A DNA stretch of 64,000 nt from Raillietiella orientalis (lineage: Eukaryota): assembly GCA_036172245.1 (NCBI GenBank), contig JAYWIR010000009.1:1-64000 (forward strand). Reading direction: 5' to 3'. Below, piece by piece: positions 11,040 to 23,181 of the stretch. Numbering within the stretch: position 1 is the stretch's first letter; each line of letters opens with the position of its first letter. The notes beneath the pieces were generated by a model, which was not told the origin of the DNA, made no database searches, and saw nothing but the letters and a program-made list of their open reading frames with translations. The translations under genes and the position numbers were made by a program.

Positions 11040-14000
11040 CTAGATCCTATTCAGGATCCGCACAAGCTGAGTCCTTTCAGCGCCCAAGTGGCGCCACTTG
11101 CAGACACTGCGCGCGAAAACGCGAGTCCAGTGTAAGGCGTTGCCGGTTGGCTGACGCCTTCTTCTGGTGGCGTTCCAAGCCGCCACTATTCCTCTGATGC
11201 AGCAGAGGACTGCCACACTAGCGGGCGGGGACAAGGCGTCACTACAGAAGAGGCGCCTGAAAACGTCCTTTGGGCCGCATCCGCGCAAGTCCAGGATCGC
11301 TGCGAGACTATCCCATAAAGGGCGGATGGCACTGTACTCGATGAGAAGGTGGGGGAAGGTCTCTTTTTCCTTGCACCGGTCACAATAAGGATCCACAGCC
11401 CCCCGGGTTGTGTGATGAAGGCGTGCTTTAAATGGTAATCCCCAGAGTACCACAAGCAACCCCACATCCTGCTATTTCAGGGGGAGGGATGCACTGTTCC
11501 AGGACGCTGGGAGCTACTTCATCTCCTCCGGAGATAGTCCGAGTAGCTCGCCCCAGCGTCGAATTCCGTTGGGCGGGACACTCGGCGTCGCAGCGTCAGC
11601 TAGCTGCCGAGATGTCCACGCCTTTATCGATTGTGTCCTGCCGCCTATAGTGCAGGACACGGTCCATTTCCCCTGCTCGCTACTGTCCCTGGCATTCACA
11701 AGGAAGGGCAGCACTGGGGCGAGGGGGTTATCAAGGCCCACAGAAGCTTGTCGTGGGACTGCACGATCTCCTGCAGCGTCCAGCGGGCGTGCCTTTTCAT
11801 ACAAGTGTTCCTTGTGCCCGCCGGAACGTGAATCTTTACCCAGGTGGAGACTGACTCGTGCAACCAGGCGGAGTAGTTCCCTGGGAGGCAGGAGATCCAG
11901 GCGTTCTCCCGAACCGCAACAAAGATGCGTCGCAGCATAGAGCCACAGTATGGTCTTCTGCAGACGCGCGCAGACAGAAACTACAAAAGTCCGCCGATTC
12001 CGCAGGCTCGTTGGGCCAGGAGGCGTGCTGGAACGCACCAAGGCGTGTCCCACAATTCTGCCGCAAGGGCGAGAGTCCTGAATCGAAGTTGTAGTTCCAT
12101 GCGCTTTAGCGTAAGTACGCCAAGTCCACCGTCCTTACGTGGAGCGCACTGGTCTTTGAGCCTCACACGGGACCTCCCTTTGCCCCAAAGGACTGTCCTC
12201 AGGAGGCCCGCTGCTCGTTTCCGAATAAAATAAGGGGCGGGGCAAACAAAAAGTAGGGGGCGAAGGAGGGGAGCCGCAAACGCGTGCCACACCGCGGCCC
12301 GTTCCTGCAAGTAGAACTTGCCTTCTTGGAACGGACCGATCGCCAACGCTGCCTTTTGGAGACGGTCGGACCAGGCTTCTGCTGCGCAGAAGTCCCCCAA
12401 CGGTACGCCGAGGTACTTGAAGCACCTGCCCGTGGGGATCCCCAAGCGGATCCAGTCCGACCGTCCAGCCCACGCCGAACCGACGAAGACCATGGACGAC
12501 TTCGCCCTGTTCACCTCCAGACCCGTCCCGCGGCGCAGCATCTCGAAGAAGTCCGCGAGTGCACTCGCCGTGGTGGACCCGGGAAGCAGCAGCAGAAGAT
12601 CGTCTGCATAGGCCGACACGGCAGGCGTGCCGGCACACGAGCTCGGCAGGGTTGCCAGAGTTACCCTGTATGCCCTCAGCACCACCTCGAAGTAGATGCT
12701 GAAGAGCAAGGGGCTCAGGCTGTCACCCTGCCGGATGCCGCGGCGTACGGGCACGCCGTACACGTGCCGGCCGCTGAAACCGATATTGATTGACGCGTTG
12801 CGCCAGCAGGAGCGCAGGTAAGATTGAAGCACGGCATTGAAACCCATGCGTTCCAGGAGCTCCAGAAGGAGATCCTGGTCGATGCAGTCGAATGCTTCGT
12901 GCAAATCGACCGCGACGGCAAAGGCTCCCGCCGAGTCCATCGCACCCTCTGCCCGATCTTCTTGGTCAGAGGGGGGCGCGAGGCTCCCTTGACCGTCCTG
13001 TGCAACGCGTTGTCGCAACTGCCACCATGAGCTGGCGAGGAGCAGGTTGGCCTCCATGGTTCGTCCAAGAACAGCATAGGTCTGCTCGGGACTCACCACG
13101 GAAGCGGCCACCCGCCCCAAACGCTCAGCCCACAACTTGGCATACAACTTTTCGTCCGCATTCACTACTGTGATGGGACGCCAGTTGCCAATGTTGCGTA
13201 AGTCTCCTGACTTCGGCAGGAGACGTACTTTAGCTGACCGGAACGAGGCGGGAACTTCGCCGTGTTCGCGGATCAGCGCACTTAACCTGAGCACCAGGGG
13301 GGCCAGCTCTGGCGCGAAGCGATGGTAAAACTCCGCGGGCAGTCCGTCCTCCCCTGGTGCCTTCCTTCTCTTGAGCCTGTTGATGGCGGAGATGATCTCC
13401 GCCATCGTGAACGGTTCCGCCAATCTGGAACGGTCTTCCTCCTTGAGCGCGGGAGCGCCATCCGGCAGCAGGCGCTGCGCGAAATGGCGCTCAGGTTTTA
13501 GTGGCGCGTACAAGGAGGAATAAAACTCCCGCACGATGCGGCTTACCTGGGCTGGGCTGGAGCGTTTTTGGCCCTGATGATCCAGCAGGCAGGCCGAGCC
13601 TGACTGCCAGGCCTGCCTCTCCGCCTCAGCCTTGAATTCAGCCAGGCGACGGACGTCGGGACGCCGGGAATAACGGCGCGCCTGGAGGTACGCCCGCTCG
13701 TTCCTGACACCCTCACCGAAGCCTGGCGGAAGACGTTCCAGGGGAAACTGGTCGCAAAACTGACGGACTGAGCACTTCATTTCGTCCCAGTCCGCGAGCG
13801 TGTGAAGCTGGAATCCTCGCAGGAAACAGCGTAGATGTTCCGCCGCTCCTGCGAGGCGCAACCAATCCCCTGGCAGGCGCCATGTTTTCAGGGGAGGGCC
13901 CTTATTGCGCGGATGTAACTCGAACACGAGCCGTGGATGGTCGGACAGCTCTGCCGGGAGCGTTCCTCGAGTTCCCACCCGCGTGCACAGGTGGTTGTCG

Positions 14001-14596
14001 AGGAACATGTGGTCGATGTTCCGATCTCTCCCGGCATCGCCGGCCAACAAGTTGCGCGCATGTATGGCTGCGCACAACTCGTTGACCAGCTGTGCTCGTC
14101 CGCTGGGCGCACCTGCCAGCAGGCGGAGATTGAAATCGCCCGCAATGAGGTGCGCCCTTCGCACGCCTGCTTCGGCCAACCAGTCTCGCCGCAAGGTTTC
14201 GAAGAACGCAGTGCGTTTCTCGGCCCTGTGGCTGCTCACCGGAGCGTACAGGTTCGTGACTACGAGGTCGATCGAGTCGGACCACTTGAACACAAGCTGC
14301 CCAACTCGACCATCCCCGTCGAACCGTGCACTGCGCAGTGAGTTGTCGACGGTTGGCTTTAGCAGAAAGGCCACGCCGCAGGAGTTGTCCGTTCCGTTCC
14401 TCCACAGTAGCCGCCCTCCCGCGATTCTTCCGATTTCCTGGACATCTCCCGGTCGGAGAACGTGCGTCTCTTGCAGGAGCACCAGGTCGAAATCTCGCAG
14501 TATGGCGGCTACATCTCGCCTCTTTCCGTCGTCGCGCAACCCGTTGACATTCCAACAGGTGATGCGCAAGCGGCGACAGAAGGCGAGCCCACGCAC
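11040..14596 (-). pseudogene. C1 ORF2 (APE-RT open for 871 aa, C-terminus frameshifted)
   Basis: CWNVNGL, LQETH, GDFN, SDH, YADD. The tail is broken relative to the same region in C2. Confidence 0.9.
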
Positions 14597-14604
14597 TGAT
14601 GCGT

Positions 14605-16272
14605 TTATTGTGGGGTGGAGGCGGCCTCCTCCCTTGCGGGAGGCGGCTTGTTGGCGGCCGTGACGACGGTCGGCTGCTCACACGGGAGCACGTCGTCCAC
14701 AGCGACTTCCATGGGGCTGGCTTCCGAGACACGGATCGGAGAGGGGTCGCCTGGCGCGACGCACATTGCCTCCTCCTCCGTGCCCGAGGACATGGCCTCC
14801 TCCACCTGCGGAGGGGCGACCCGTCTCGGGCCACCGGTCTTCTTGCCAGCCTTCCTCTTCGGCACGGCTGCGGAAGTAGAACAACCGGCTTCGGTTTCGG
14901 ACTCGGAATTTTCCGGGCCCTTCACCGTTGCCGGTCGTCTCAAGGCCTTCTTCTCGGCCTTGGCAGGCTGCCGTAACATGGCTGCCAGCTCTTCCGCGGC
15001 CTGCGCGAAGGTCGCGTCCGTTATGCACGCCGCCTTCTCGCTTTCCGCACCGACGCTTTGCGCAGGCGCGACAGGGGCGGCTTCATCGGTCGGCGCGCAG
15101 ACGTCCTTTGCTGGCAATGCCGGAACGGCATTGTCGTCAGCTGATGGTGACGTCACTGCGGGCACGACCGGCTCAGGATCGACGGTATCGATCGCCTTTA
15201 CCGTTACTTTCTTTACGGCTCTGGCGATCGAGACGCGTTCGATCTTCACCGTACAAGCGCGAACGACCGGTTTCTGCTTTTTCGGCGCCGACTTGTTTAT
15301 CTTTTTTGCCTCCTTCTTCTGGGGCTTCTTCCTTTCTACCTTTTGCCAACCTTCCTTGTTCTCGGCGCTTTCTCCAGCTGGTTGTTCGCTGGTGGATGCC
15401 TGAGTAGCGGGTTGGTCGGCAGGGCGGGGTTCTGCCAGTTGTTGGCTTCGGTCCTTTTGCTTCGGCGTCTCATCCTTTCTCGCGCCTGACGGAACGGACC
15501 TTTTCCGGTTCGGACACATCCGCCTGATGTGCCCCTTCTCCCCACAGCCCAAGCACACGATGTTGGGGCATTTCTTCTTCAGATGCCCCGACACCTGGCA
15601 AAAGCCGCAGTATACGGGTTTCCCCACATACCACAGGTCGATCTCCTCCTCCCCGACCTGCAGTCTGTGGGGTAGCCCACCCTCGGCACGTACCGTCACG
15701 CGCGCAGCGGCGTAACCACTAAATGCCCGGGTGTAACCCAGGACATTGGGTTTTGCCCACAACGCGTGAACGGTCCCGAACTTCTCTAACGATTCTCGCA
15801 CGGCGCTCTTTGCCATGCGCATCGTTATGCCGGTCAAATGCACCACGATGGAGTTGTCCGCCGTGAACGGGAAGATCCTTCTCCCGTTCACGGTGACCGG
15901 CAGACGGAGCAGCTGCTGAGCCATCCCTGCAGACTTGCAGTTCAGCTCAACCAGCTGCCCGCCACTCCATACCGAAAGTCCGAGGAATTCGTCCTCCGGG
16001 ACTTTTAATTTTTTAAAGTCGGCCGCGAACGACCGTAAAACCGCGGGGGAGTACAGGCCACCTACCTTGTATAACAAGGCCGGGTTATACCCGTCGGCCA
16101 TGTAGGCCCGCTGTTCCTCTGCGGGGAGCGGCGCAGGCGCCGCCACCACCGCGCTCCAAGCCCTCGCCGGGGCGGGGGACGATTCCGTGGGGGAGATGGC
16201 CCCCACATCCATGGGCTGGGGGGACGAGGCTCGCTCGCCCCCCTCCGCCGTCTTTGCGGCGTCCTTGGGCAT
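14605..16272 (-). CDS. C1 ORF1, apparently intact gag-like protein (~555 aa)
   Basis: Starts MPKDAAK. CGFCQVSGHLKKKC and CLGCGEKGHIRRMC. No internal stops. Confidence 0.85.
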   Translation of the reverse strand: MPKDAAKTAEGGERASSPQPMDVGAISPTESSPAPARAWSAVVAAPAPLPAEEQRAYMADGYNPALLYKVGGLYSPAVLRSFAADFKKLKVPEDEFLGLSVWSGGQLVELNCKSAGMAQQLLRLPVTVNGRRIFPFTADNSIVVHLTGITMRMAKSAVRESLEKFGTVHALWAKPNVLGYTRAFSGYAAARVTVRAEGGLPHRLQVGEEEIDLWYVGKPVYCGFCQVSGHLKKKCPNIVCLGCGEKGHIRRMCPNRKRSVPSGARKDETPKQKDRSQQLAEPRPADQPATQASTSEQPAGESAENKEGWQKVERKKPQKKEAKKINKSAPKKQKPVVRACTVKIERVSIARAVKKVTVKAIDTVDPEPVVPAVTSPSADDNAVPALPAKDVCAPTDEAAPVAPAQSVGAESEKAACITDATFAQAAEELAAMLRQPAKAEKKALRRPATVKGPENSESETEAGCSTSAAVPKRKAGKKTGGPRRVAPPQVEEAMSSGTEEEAMCVAPGDPSPIRVSEASPMEVAVDDVLPCEQPTVVTAANKPPPAREEAASTPQ

Positions 16273-16377
16273 CTCTGCCCAGGAACAACCGCTCACAGCT
16301 GAAAACCCCGAAAACACGCGCGAGAAAAACGCGGAGCACCACAAAAGCACGTCCACCCTCTCAGGCGGCGGGTTGTT

Positions 16378-18216
16378 CACACCCGGATGTGCCGGGGCAT
16401 TTATTTCTTAGAAATAAAATAACAGAAAAAATGTCCCGTGGCGAACCCGAAGGTTCACCACTCCAAAACAGCTTGCTGGTTACCGGCTCCGTGCCGGAGA
16501 GTTCCTTCCGATGCGCGGGGATGGGAAATAAAGAAAAACAAAAAGAAACAAAAAGTTCAAATGTGGGGGGGGGGAACAAATGTTCTAGGGGTGGGAGGGA
16601 AGGGAAGGGATCACGGTGCGCGTGGAAAGGTCCTCTAGATCCTATTCAGGATCCGCACAAGCTGAGTCCTTTCAGCGCCCAAGTGGCGCCACTTGCAGAC
16701 ACTGCGCGCGAAAACGCGAGTCCAGTGTAAGGCGTTGCCGGTTGGCTGACGCCTTCGTCTGGTGGCGTTCCAAGCCGCCACTATTCCTCTGATGCAGCAG
16801 AGGACTGCTACACTAGCGGGCGGGGACAAGGCGTCACTACAGAAGAGGCGCCTGAAAACGTCCTTTGGGCCGCATCCGCGCAAGTCCAGGATCGCTGCGA
16901 GACTATCCCATAAAGGGCGGATGGCACTGCACTCGATGAGAAGGTGGGGGAAGGTCTCTTTTTCCTTGCACCGGTCACAATAAGGATCCACAGCCCCCCG
17001 GGTTGTGTGATGAAGGCGTGCTTTGAATGGAAGTCCCCAGAGGACCACAAGCAACGCCACATCCTGCCATTTCAGGGGGAGGGATGCACTGTTCCAGGAC
17101 GCTGGGGGCCACTTCATCTCCTCCGGAGATAGTCCGAGTAGCTCGTTCCAGCGTCGAATTCCGTTGGGCGGGACACTCGGCGTCGCAGCGTCAGCTAGCT
17201 GCCGAGATGTCCACGCCTTTATCGATTGTGTCCTGCCGCCTATAGTGCAGGACACGGTCCATTTCCCCTGCTCGCTACTGTCCCTGGCATTCACAAGGAA
17301 GGGCAGCACTGGGGCGAGGGGGGTTATCAAGGCCCACAGAAGCTGGTCGTGGGACTGCACGATCTCCTGCAGCGTCCAGCGGGCGTGCCTTTTCATACAA
17401 GTGTTCCTTGTGCCCGCCGGAACGTGAATCTTTACCCAGGTGGAGACTGACTCGTGCAACCAGGCGGAGTAGTTCCCTGGGAGGCAGGAGATCCAGGCGT
17501 TCTCCCGGACCGCAACGAAGATGCGTCGCAGCATAGAGCCACAGTATGGTCTTCTGCAGACGCGCGCAGACAGAAACGACAAAAGTCCGCCGATTCCGCA
17601 GGCTCGTTGGGCCAGGAGGCGTGCTGGAACGCACCAAGGCGTGTCCCACAATTCTGCCGCAAGGGCGAGAGTCCTGAATCGAAGTTGTATTTCGATGCGC
17701 TCCAGCGTAAGTAAGCCAAGTCCACCGTCCTTCCGTAGAGCGCACAAGTCTTTGAGCCTCACACGGGACCTCCCTTTGCCCCAAAGGACTGTTCTCAGGA
17801 GGCCCGCTGCTCGTTTCCGAATAAAATAAGGGGCGGGGCAAACAAAAAGTAGGGGGCGAAGGAGGGGAGCCGCAAACGCGTTCCACACCGTGGCCCGTTC
17901 CTGCAAGTAGAACTTGCCTTCTTGGAACGGACCGATCGCCAACGCTGCCTTTTGGAGACGGTCGGACCAGGCTTCTGCTGCGCAGAAGTCCCCCAACGGT
18001 ACGCCGAGGTACTTGAAGCACCTGCCCGTGGGGATCCCCAAACGGATCCAGTCCGACCGTCCAGCCCACGCCGAAGCGACGAAGACCATGGACGACTTCG
18101 CCCTGTTCACCTCCAGGCCCGTCCCGCGGCGCAGCAACTCGAAGAAGTCCTCGAGTGCACTCGCCGGGGTGGACCCGGGAAGCAGCAGCAGAAGATCGTC
18201 TGCATAGGCCGACACG
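16378..18216 (-). mobile_element. Element C2, 5'-truncated at the RT motif VSAYADD, tandem with C1
   Basis: Near-identical to C1 10784-12620, with the same 3' hairpin (16378-16405). Confidence 0.9.
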
Positions 18217-19253
18217 CTGCACGCTTTGATTGTTGGGCGTGGCGCGGCCTTCCCCTTGCCCTTCACCACTTTCGCCGGTGCGGGCGCGATTTTTTTAACG
18301 ATTTTTACTTTACGGGTGACCAGCTGCCAGCCTTCCTCGTCGGCAGTCTTTTCTGGGAGCTCCTGTACCGAGTCCCTTTCCTGCTGCGCGACTTTTGTCG
18401 GAGCCGACGGCTGATCCCCTTTTGTGGGGTTTATCACTATTTTTGCCTTCCCTTCCTTCTTTTGCGGAAGTTCCGGCATTGGAGCGACGTTCATCGAGCA
18501 CACCACTTTGGTGTGGCCCTTCGCGCCGCACGTTGGGCAAACTGCATCCGGGCACCGCTTTTTACAATGCCCGAACGACTTACAGTTTCCACAATATTTG
18601 GATTTCCCCACAAACCAAATGTCGACGAACTCGTCGCCAATTTGGAGCTTGTGGGGAAGCTGTACGCTTTCTCGAAGCGTCACGCGCGCGCCTACTCGCC
18701 CACTAAATGCACCGTTCACTCCGAAGGTGTTGGGCTTTCTCCACATCGCGAAAACGCTTGCATATTTTTCCAGTTCAGCGCGGATGGCGTTCTCATCCAT
18801 CCGCACTGTTGTCCCTGTTAGGTGGACCACAATGGAGTGGTCCACCGTGTGTGGAAGTAAATTCCTGCCCTCAAATTTTACGGGCGTGCAGAGCATCTTG
18901 TGGGTAAGAGCTGCATCCTCGCAGATGAGCTCCGCCAACTGCCCTCCGCTCCGTATAGAGAGGCAAAGAATTTCATGGTCGGCAATGCCTATCTTTTTGA
19001 TGGCATTGCCGAACTTTCGCGCCCTTAACGGGGAATATAAATTGCCTACCTTGTACAGGAGGGCCGGATTGTAGCCGTCCTGGATGTAGGATTGGATTTC
19101 GGCGGCGACATCGGGCGTTTCCGCCGCTGCCACCGCGCTCCAGGCCCTCGCCGTAGTGGAGGGTTCAGAAGAAGTGGTGGGGCGTGATCCCACCTCCTTT
19201 GGCTTGAGAGACGCGCTCTTCCCGCCTCCCTCACCTGAAACTGCGGCGTTCAC
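16635..19253 (-). CDS. Chimeric open frame: F ORF1 N-terminus fused in-frame to C2 RT C-half plus zf-RVT (872 aa)
   Basis: The junction reads PTIKACSV|SAYADDLLL. No stops in the ORF track. Confidence 0.6.
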   Translation of the reverse strand: MNAAVSGEGGGKSASLKPKEVGSRPTTSSEPSTTARAWSAVAAAETPDVAAEIQSYIQDGYNPALLYKVGNLYSPLRARKFGNAIKKIGIADHEILCLSIRSGGQLAELICEDAALTHKMLCTPVKFEGRNLLPHTVDHSIVVHLTGTTVRMDENAIRAELEKYASVFAMWRKPNTFGVNGAFSGRVGARVTLRESVQLPHKLQIGDEFVDIWFVGKSKYCGNCKSFGHCKKRCPDAVCPTCGAKGHTKVVCSMNVAPMPELPQKKEGKAKIVINPTKGDQPSAPTKVAQQERDSVQELPEKTADEEGWQLVTRKVKIVKKIAPAPAKVVKGKGKAAPRPTIKACSVSAYADDLLLLLPGSTPASALEDFFELLRRGTGLEVNRAKSSMVFVASAWAGRSDWIRLGIPTGRCFKYLGVPLGDFCAAEAWSDRLQKAALAIGPFQEGKFYLQERATVWNAFAAPLLRPLLFVCPAPYFIRKRAAGLLRTVLWGKGRSRVRLKDLCALRKDGGLGLLTLERIEIQLRFRTLALAAELWDTPWCVPARLLAQRACGIGGLLSFLSARVCRRPYCGSMLRRIFVAVRENAWISCLPGNYSAWLHESVSTWVKIHVPAGTRNTCMKRHARWTLQEIVQSHDQLLWALITPLAPVLPFLVNARDSSEQGKWTVSCTIGGRTQSIKAWTSRQLADAATPSVPPNGIRRWNELLGLSPEEMKWPPASWNSASLPLKWQDVALLVVLWGLPFKARLHHTTRGAVDPYCDRCKEKETFPHLLIECSAIRPLWDSLAAILDLRGCGPKDVFRRLFCSDALSPPASVAVLCCIRGIVAAWNATRRRRQPTGNALHWTRVFARSVCKWRHLGAERTQLVRILNRI

Positions 19254-19352
19254 AGGAATTTCTGCCTGTCAACGGCCGCAAAACACACACGAAACACCAG
19301 AAAAGAAAAACTCCCTATCCACGGAGCGCACAACAATTGCGTCCGCCCTGCA
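18217..19352 (-). mobile_element. Element F, 5' UTR plus ORF1 N-terminus
   Basis: ARAWSAV..GYNPALLYKVGNLYSP, CGNC..GHC..C, CPTC..GH..C. 5' motif CAGGGCGGACG near 19350. Confidence 0.82.
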
Positions 19353-21988
19353 CCGCGCAGTCAAGCTGCTTCTTCCGACGGTCAACCCTGCTATCGACGA
19401 GGAGGATCGCGCCAGATTGGATTGGCCCTTCACGGCGGAAGAAGTATCTTTTGCCATAGCGGGCCTGAAGAGGCGTAATGCGCCTTAAGAGGATGGCCTG
19501 CCCGCGGAGTTCTTTCAGTGCTTTGCGGCGGAGCTCATCCCCCTGGTGCTAAGCCTTTCCTCGCTGATGCGTGAGACGGGAGATGTTCCCGCTTCTTTCC
19601 GCTCAGCAAAGGTGCGGGTCCTGCCGAGAGGCGGTGATTTACGCCACCTCAGCAACTGGCGTCCGATCACCTTGGTGAATTCGGACGTCAAGTTGTTCTC
19701 CAAACTGTGGGTCGTTCGGCTGGAGAGAATCGCGGAGTCTCTGGTAAGTCCAGAGCAGACGTATGCTGTTCCGGGGCGGTCCATGGAAGCGAATCTCTTC
19801 TTCGTGCGAACATGGATCGAGTTGCAGCAGCGCGTGGCGCAGCAGAGCCAGGCAGCCGAAATCGCTGCTGCCAAAGGAAAGCATCCGTGTTCAAGGCACG
19901 ATGGAACGCCGGGAGCCTTAGCGGTCGCCGTCGATCTCTGCAAAGCGTTCGAAAGCGTGAACCAGGACCTCCTCCTGGAGCTTCTAAAACGCCTAGGCCT
20001 CCCGACGCACCTCATCGCCTACTTGCGCTCCTGCTGGCGTTACGCGTTATGCTGTATCTCTTTCAGCGGGCGTCACGTGTACGGTGTTCCCATACGGCGG
20101 GGTATCAGGCAGGGAGACGGCTTATGCCCCTTGCTCCTCAGCATCCTCTTTGAGTTAGTGCTGAGGGCGTACAGGCTAACGCTGGCTAACCTGCCGAGCT
20201 CCTTTCCGGGAACTCCGGCCGTGGCCGCCTATGCTGACGACCTTCTCCTGCTGCTGCCCATGTCCACCCTGGCGTCCAGGCTCGAGGACTTCTTCGAGCT
20301 CATTCGTCGGGGGGCGGGCCTGATCGTCAACAGGAGGAAATCAACCGTTGTACCGGTTGGGGCAGTCGGACTGGATCCGCCTGGGGATCCCCACGGGCAG
20401 GTGCTTGAAGTACCTCGGCGTTTCCTTGGGCGCCTTCTGTCCAGCAGAAGCGTGGTCGGACTGCCTTCACAAGGCCGAGACTGCTCTGGGCCCGCTCCAA
20501 GGCGGCAGGTTTCTCCTGTCGGAACGGGCCTTTCTGTGGAACATTTTCGTTGCCTCCCTCCTCCGTCCCCTCTTTTTTGTTTGTCCCCCTCCCTACTCGG
20601 CTAAGCGCCGGGCGCAACGCCTGTTGCGTAACGCCCTCTGGGGACCGGCGAGGTCAAGGATGCGCCTGAAGGACTCGGCGGCTCCTCGGCGGGATGCAGG
20701 ATTGGGCATCCTGACGCTGGAGTGGATCGGACTGCTAGTGCAGTTCCGCATGCTGGCACTTTGTGCGCAGCTCTGGACTACTCCCTGGTGTGCTTTAGCG
20801 CGGCTGCTGCTGCGGCGCAGCACGGGTGGCGACGGACTACGTTCGTTGCATCTGCGCACGGAGCGCGCCCAGAGAGGATTCGGCTTCCCTTTGAAGCAGC
20901 TCGCCACGCTTCTGGGAAAGCATGAGTGGATCTCCTGCGGCCGATGAACTTCAACGCCTGGAGGCAGGAAGCCTTGTCCTGGGCAGCGCAACAGGATGTG
21001 TCCCGTTTAGAACTCCGTTGCGTGAAACTTTCCCCATACTTTCCAGTGAGGTAGGTGCTGGAAGACCCGGACCAGTGGACACGCCTAGCCGCTACGCCAT
21101 TCGCCGAAGCACTGTGTGCACTGATGGTGCGAGATGACATTGACCTGCCGGCGAGGTGGGAGATCACTTGCGAAATCGCAGGCGAAACCCGACTGCGGGG
21201 CGGTTGGCGGACTTGCGAAGTGGCAGACGCTGCCACACTTCGCATTCTTGCAAAGGGGCTTCTCCGGTGGAGTGAGCTCCTCGGGGTGCCCAACGATGAA
21301 CTTGTGGTCCCTTCTGCGTGCTTCGACGCGACTCTCTTCCCCCTTCGGTGGAAGCAGGACGCTTTTCTACTGGTGCATTGGGGCTTGTTCTGCAACCAGC
21401 GGGCGCACCTGATTTCCGGGGGAGTTGCGTCCCCGAACTGTGCCAAATGCGGAGCGGTAGAATCGCTTCCGCATATGCTGTTTGAGTGCGGTGCCCTCCA
21501 GGAGCATTGGCAGCGGCTGTCTCCAGCGCTCCTGCACCCTGGACGCACCGCACTGGATTGGATGCGCCGCTTCTACACGCGTGGCGGTCTTTCTCTTGGA
21601 GCGGTCGTCGCAATGATCTGCTGCGTCCGCGCCATTATCAGGTCCCGTCACGTATTGCAGAGGCGAGCAGTCCCAACATCGGTCCCCGACACAGCAGCCT
21701 GCAACCTGCAAATGGCTGCCGGGTGGCCACATCTTGGAGCAGAAGTGAGTACGGAGATCGGCGGCATTCACCGCTGGTTCTGAGAATAGGAACGGTTAGA
21801 CTGTATACCCCTGTCCCCGCCCTCATACCCAGTTTATTTATTTATTGTCCCACCCCGTCCCGTTCCGAACTCTCAGTGTGCCCGGACTGTGTTCCGGGAA
21901 ATCTACTCCCCATTTTCTGTTCCCCTTGCCTGGGAACACAGTTCTCAGTTGATATTATAATAAACGTCCCGGCGCAACCGGGTAATAA
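19353..21988 (+). mobile_element. Element D, 3' half (RT, zf-RVT, 3' UTR)
   Basis: RT ORF 19546-20604 (YADD) and zf-RVT 21055-21783. Ends AATAAACGTCCCGGCGCAACCGGGTAATAA (21959-21988). Confidence 0.9.
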
Positions 21989-23181
21989 ACGACAACGCTG
22001 CATTCTTTTTTTTGCTCGCTTGCCTGCTGTTTTTTCTGGCGGTACGCGAGCTTTTTCTCCTTCCTTCTCTCCTTCTTTGATTTTTTGGCCGTAGCCACCT
22101 GCCACCCAGGCTCCTGGCTATTTCCCTCGACTTGTTCGGCGTTGCTCGCCGGTGTCTCGGGTGCGGCCTGGGCCTTGGGCGCGGGTAGCAAGCCTTCCGG
22201 CAAATTTCGCTGCCAGCCTTTTCTGCAGAAGCCGGGCTAGTTATTTAAGGTTTCTCTTGGAAATCACCCGCTCTGTTGCTTTTGGGCACACCTCCCTCGT
22301 GTGGCCCATTGTGCCGCATACTTGGCACTGCACGTTGGGACACCTGTTTTTGAGGTGGCCCGACGAATTGCAGAATCCACAGTATTTCGGCTTCCCCACA
22401 TACCAGAGGTCGACGGTTTTGCCTTCGACCACCAGGTTGTGGGAAGAGTGCAGCCCTCCCGAACGGTCACGCGCGCAGTCGTGAGGCCGTTTTGTAGCTC
22501 CGTGTAGTCCTCGAGAGGACTAAGTTTCGTCCACTGCGCGTGGACCGTTCCAAAGTGTTCTAGAGCGGCGCGAACCTGTTCTTTGCGCATTCGCGTGGTT
22601 ACGCCTAACAGGTGGACCACCATGCTGCGGTCCGCCGTAGTGGGGAGGAGCCTGCGGGTCCCCATCACAACGGGGGTTTTAAGCAGTCGTTGGGCCAGCT
22701 CTGCTTGTTTGCAGATGAACTCAACGTACTGACCCCTGCTGCGGATGATCATAGCGCTGAGCTCCTCCTCTTTAGATCGAGAGCGCGCATGTCCTTTTAG
22801 AAGGCGCGCGCGCTCTCTAAAGAATATCGATTGCCTACCTTGTAGAACAATGAGAGGTTGTAGCCCTCCTCTACATAGGCCGACAATTCCGTCGCGGCTG
22901 TAGGCGATGGCGCCGACACAACGGCGGTCCACGCCCGCGCTGCAGCGGGGACTGATTCTGTGGCGGCGGATGCCCTCACCTCTATCGCCTGTAAGGGCGA
23001 CGTTGCCGCCGCCCCCTGGCTCTCCATCGCATCTGGGGTCGTCGTTGCCGCTGTCCCCTGGCTATCCCTGGTGTTCGCGTCAGGCATCGCTGCCTGATCG
23101 ACCACCGAACCACACGACGCTTGCACTGGGGGAGACTTCCTGGCACGAGGAGCACCGAGAAAACACGTCCACCCTGTAGCA
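21989..23181 (-). mobile_element. Element E, 5' UTR plus ORF1 N-terminal part (same family as I)
   Basis: AARAWTAVVSAPSPTAATELSAYVEEGYN and CCHC x2. 5' CAGGGTGGACGTGTTTT. Confidence 0.85.

Larger units (their letters stand above)
10784..16365 (-). mobile_element. Tx1/L1-clade element C1, full length
   Basis: 12-bp direct repeat CGGCGGGTTGTT (10772-10783, 16366-16377). GGACGTG near the 5' end. 3' AATAAATGCCCCGGCACATCCGGGTG. Confidence 0.92.

Noticed and set aside
10784..18216. LTR or DIRS-like terminal repeats suggested by the repeated C segment
   Set aside because: The repeat is a second, 5'-truncated LINE copy. No integrase, tyrosine recombinase, protease or PBS was seen.
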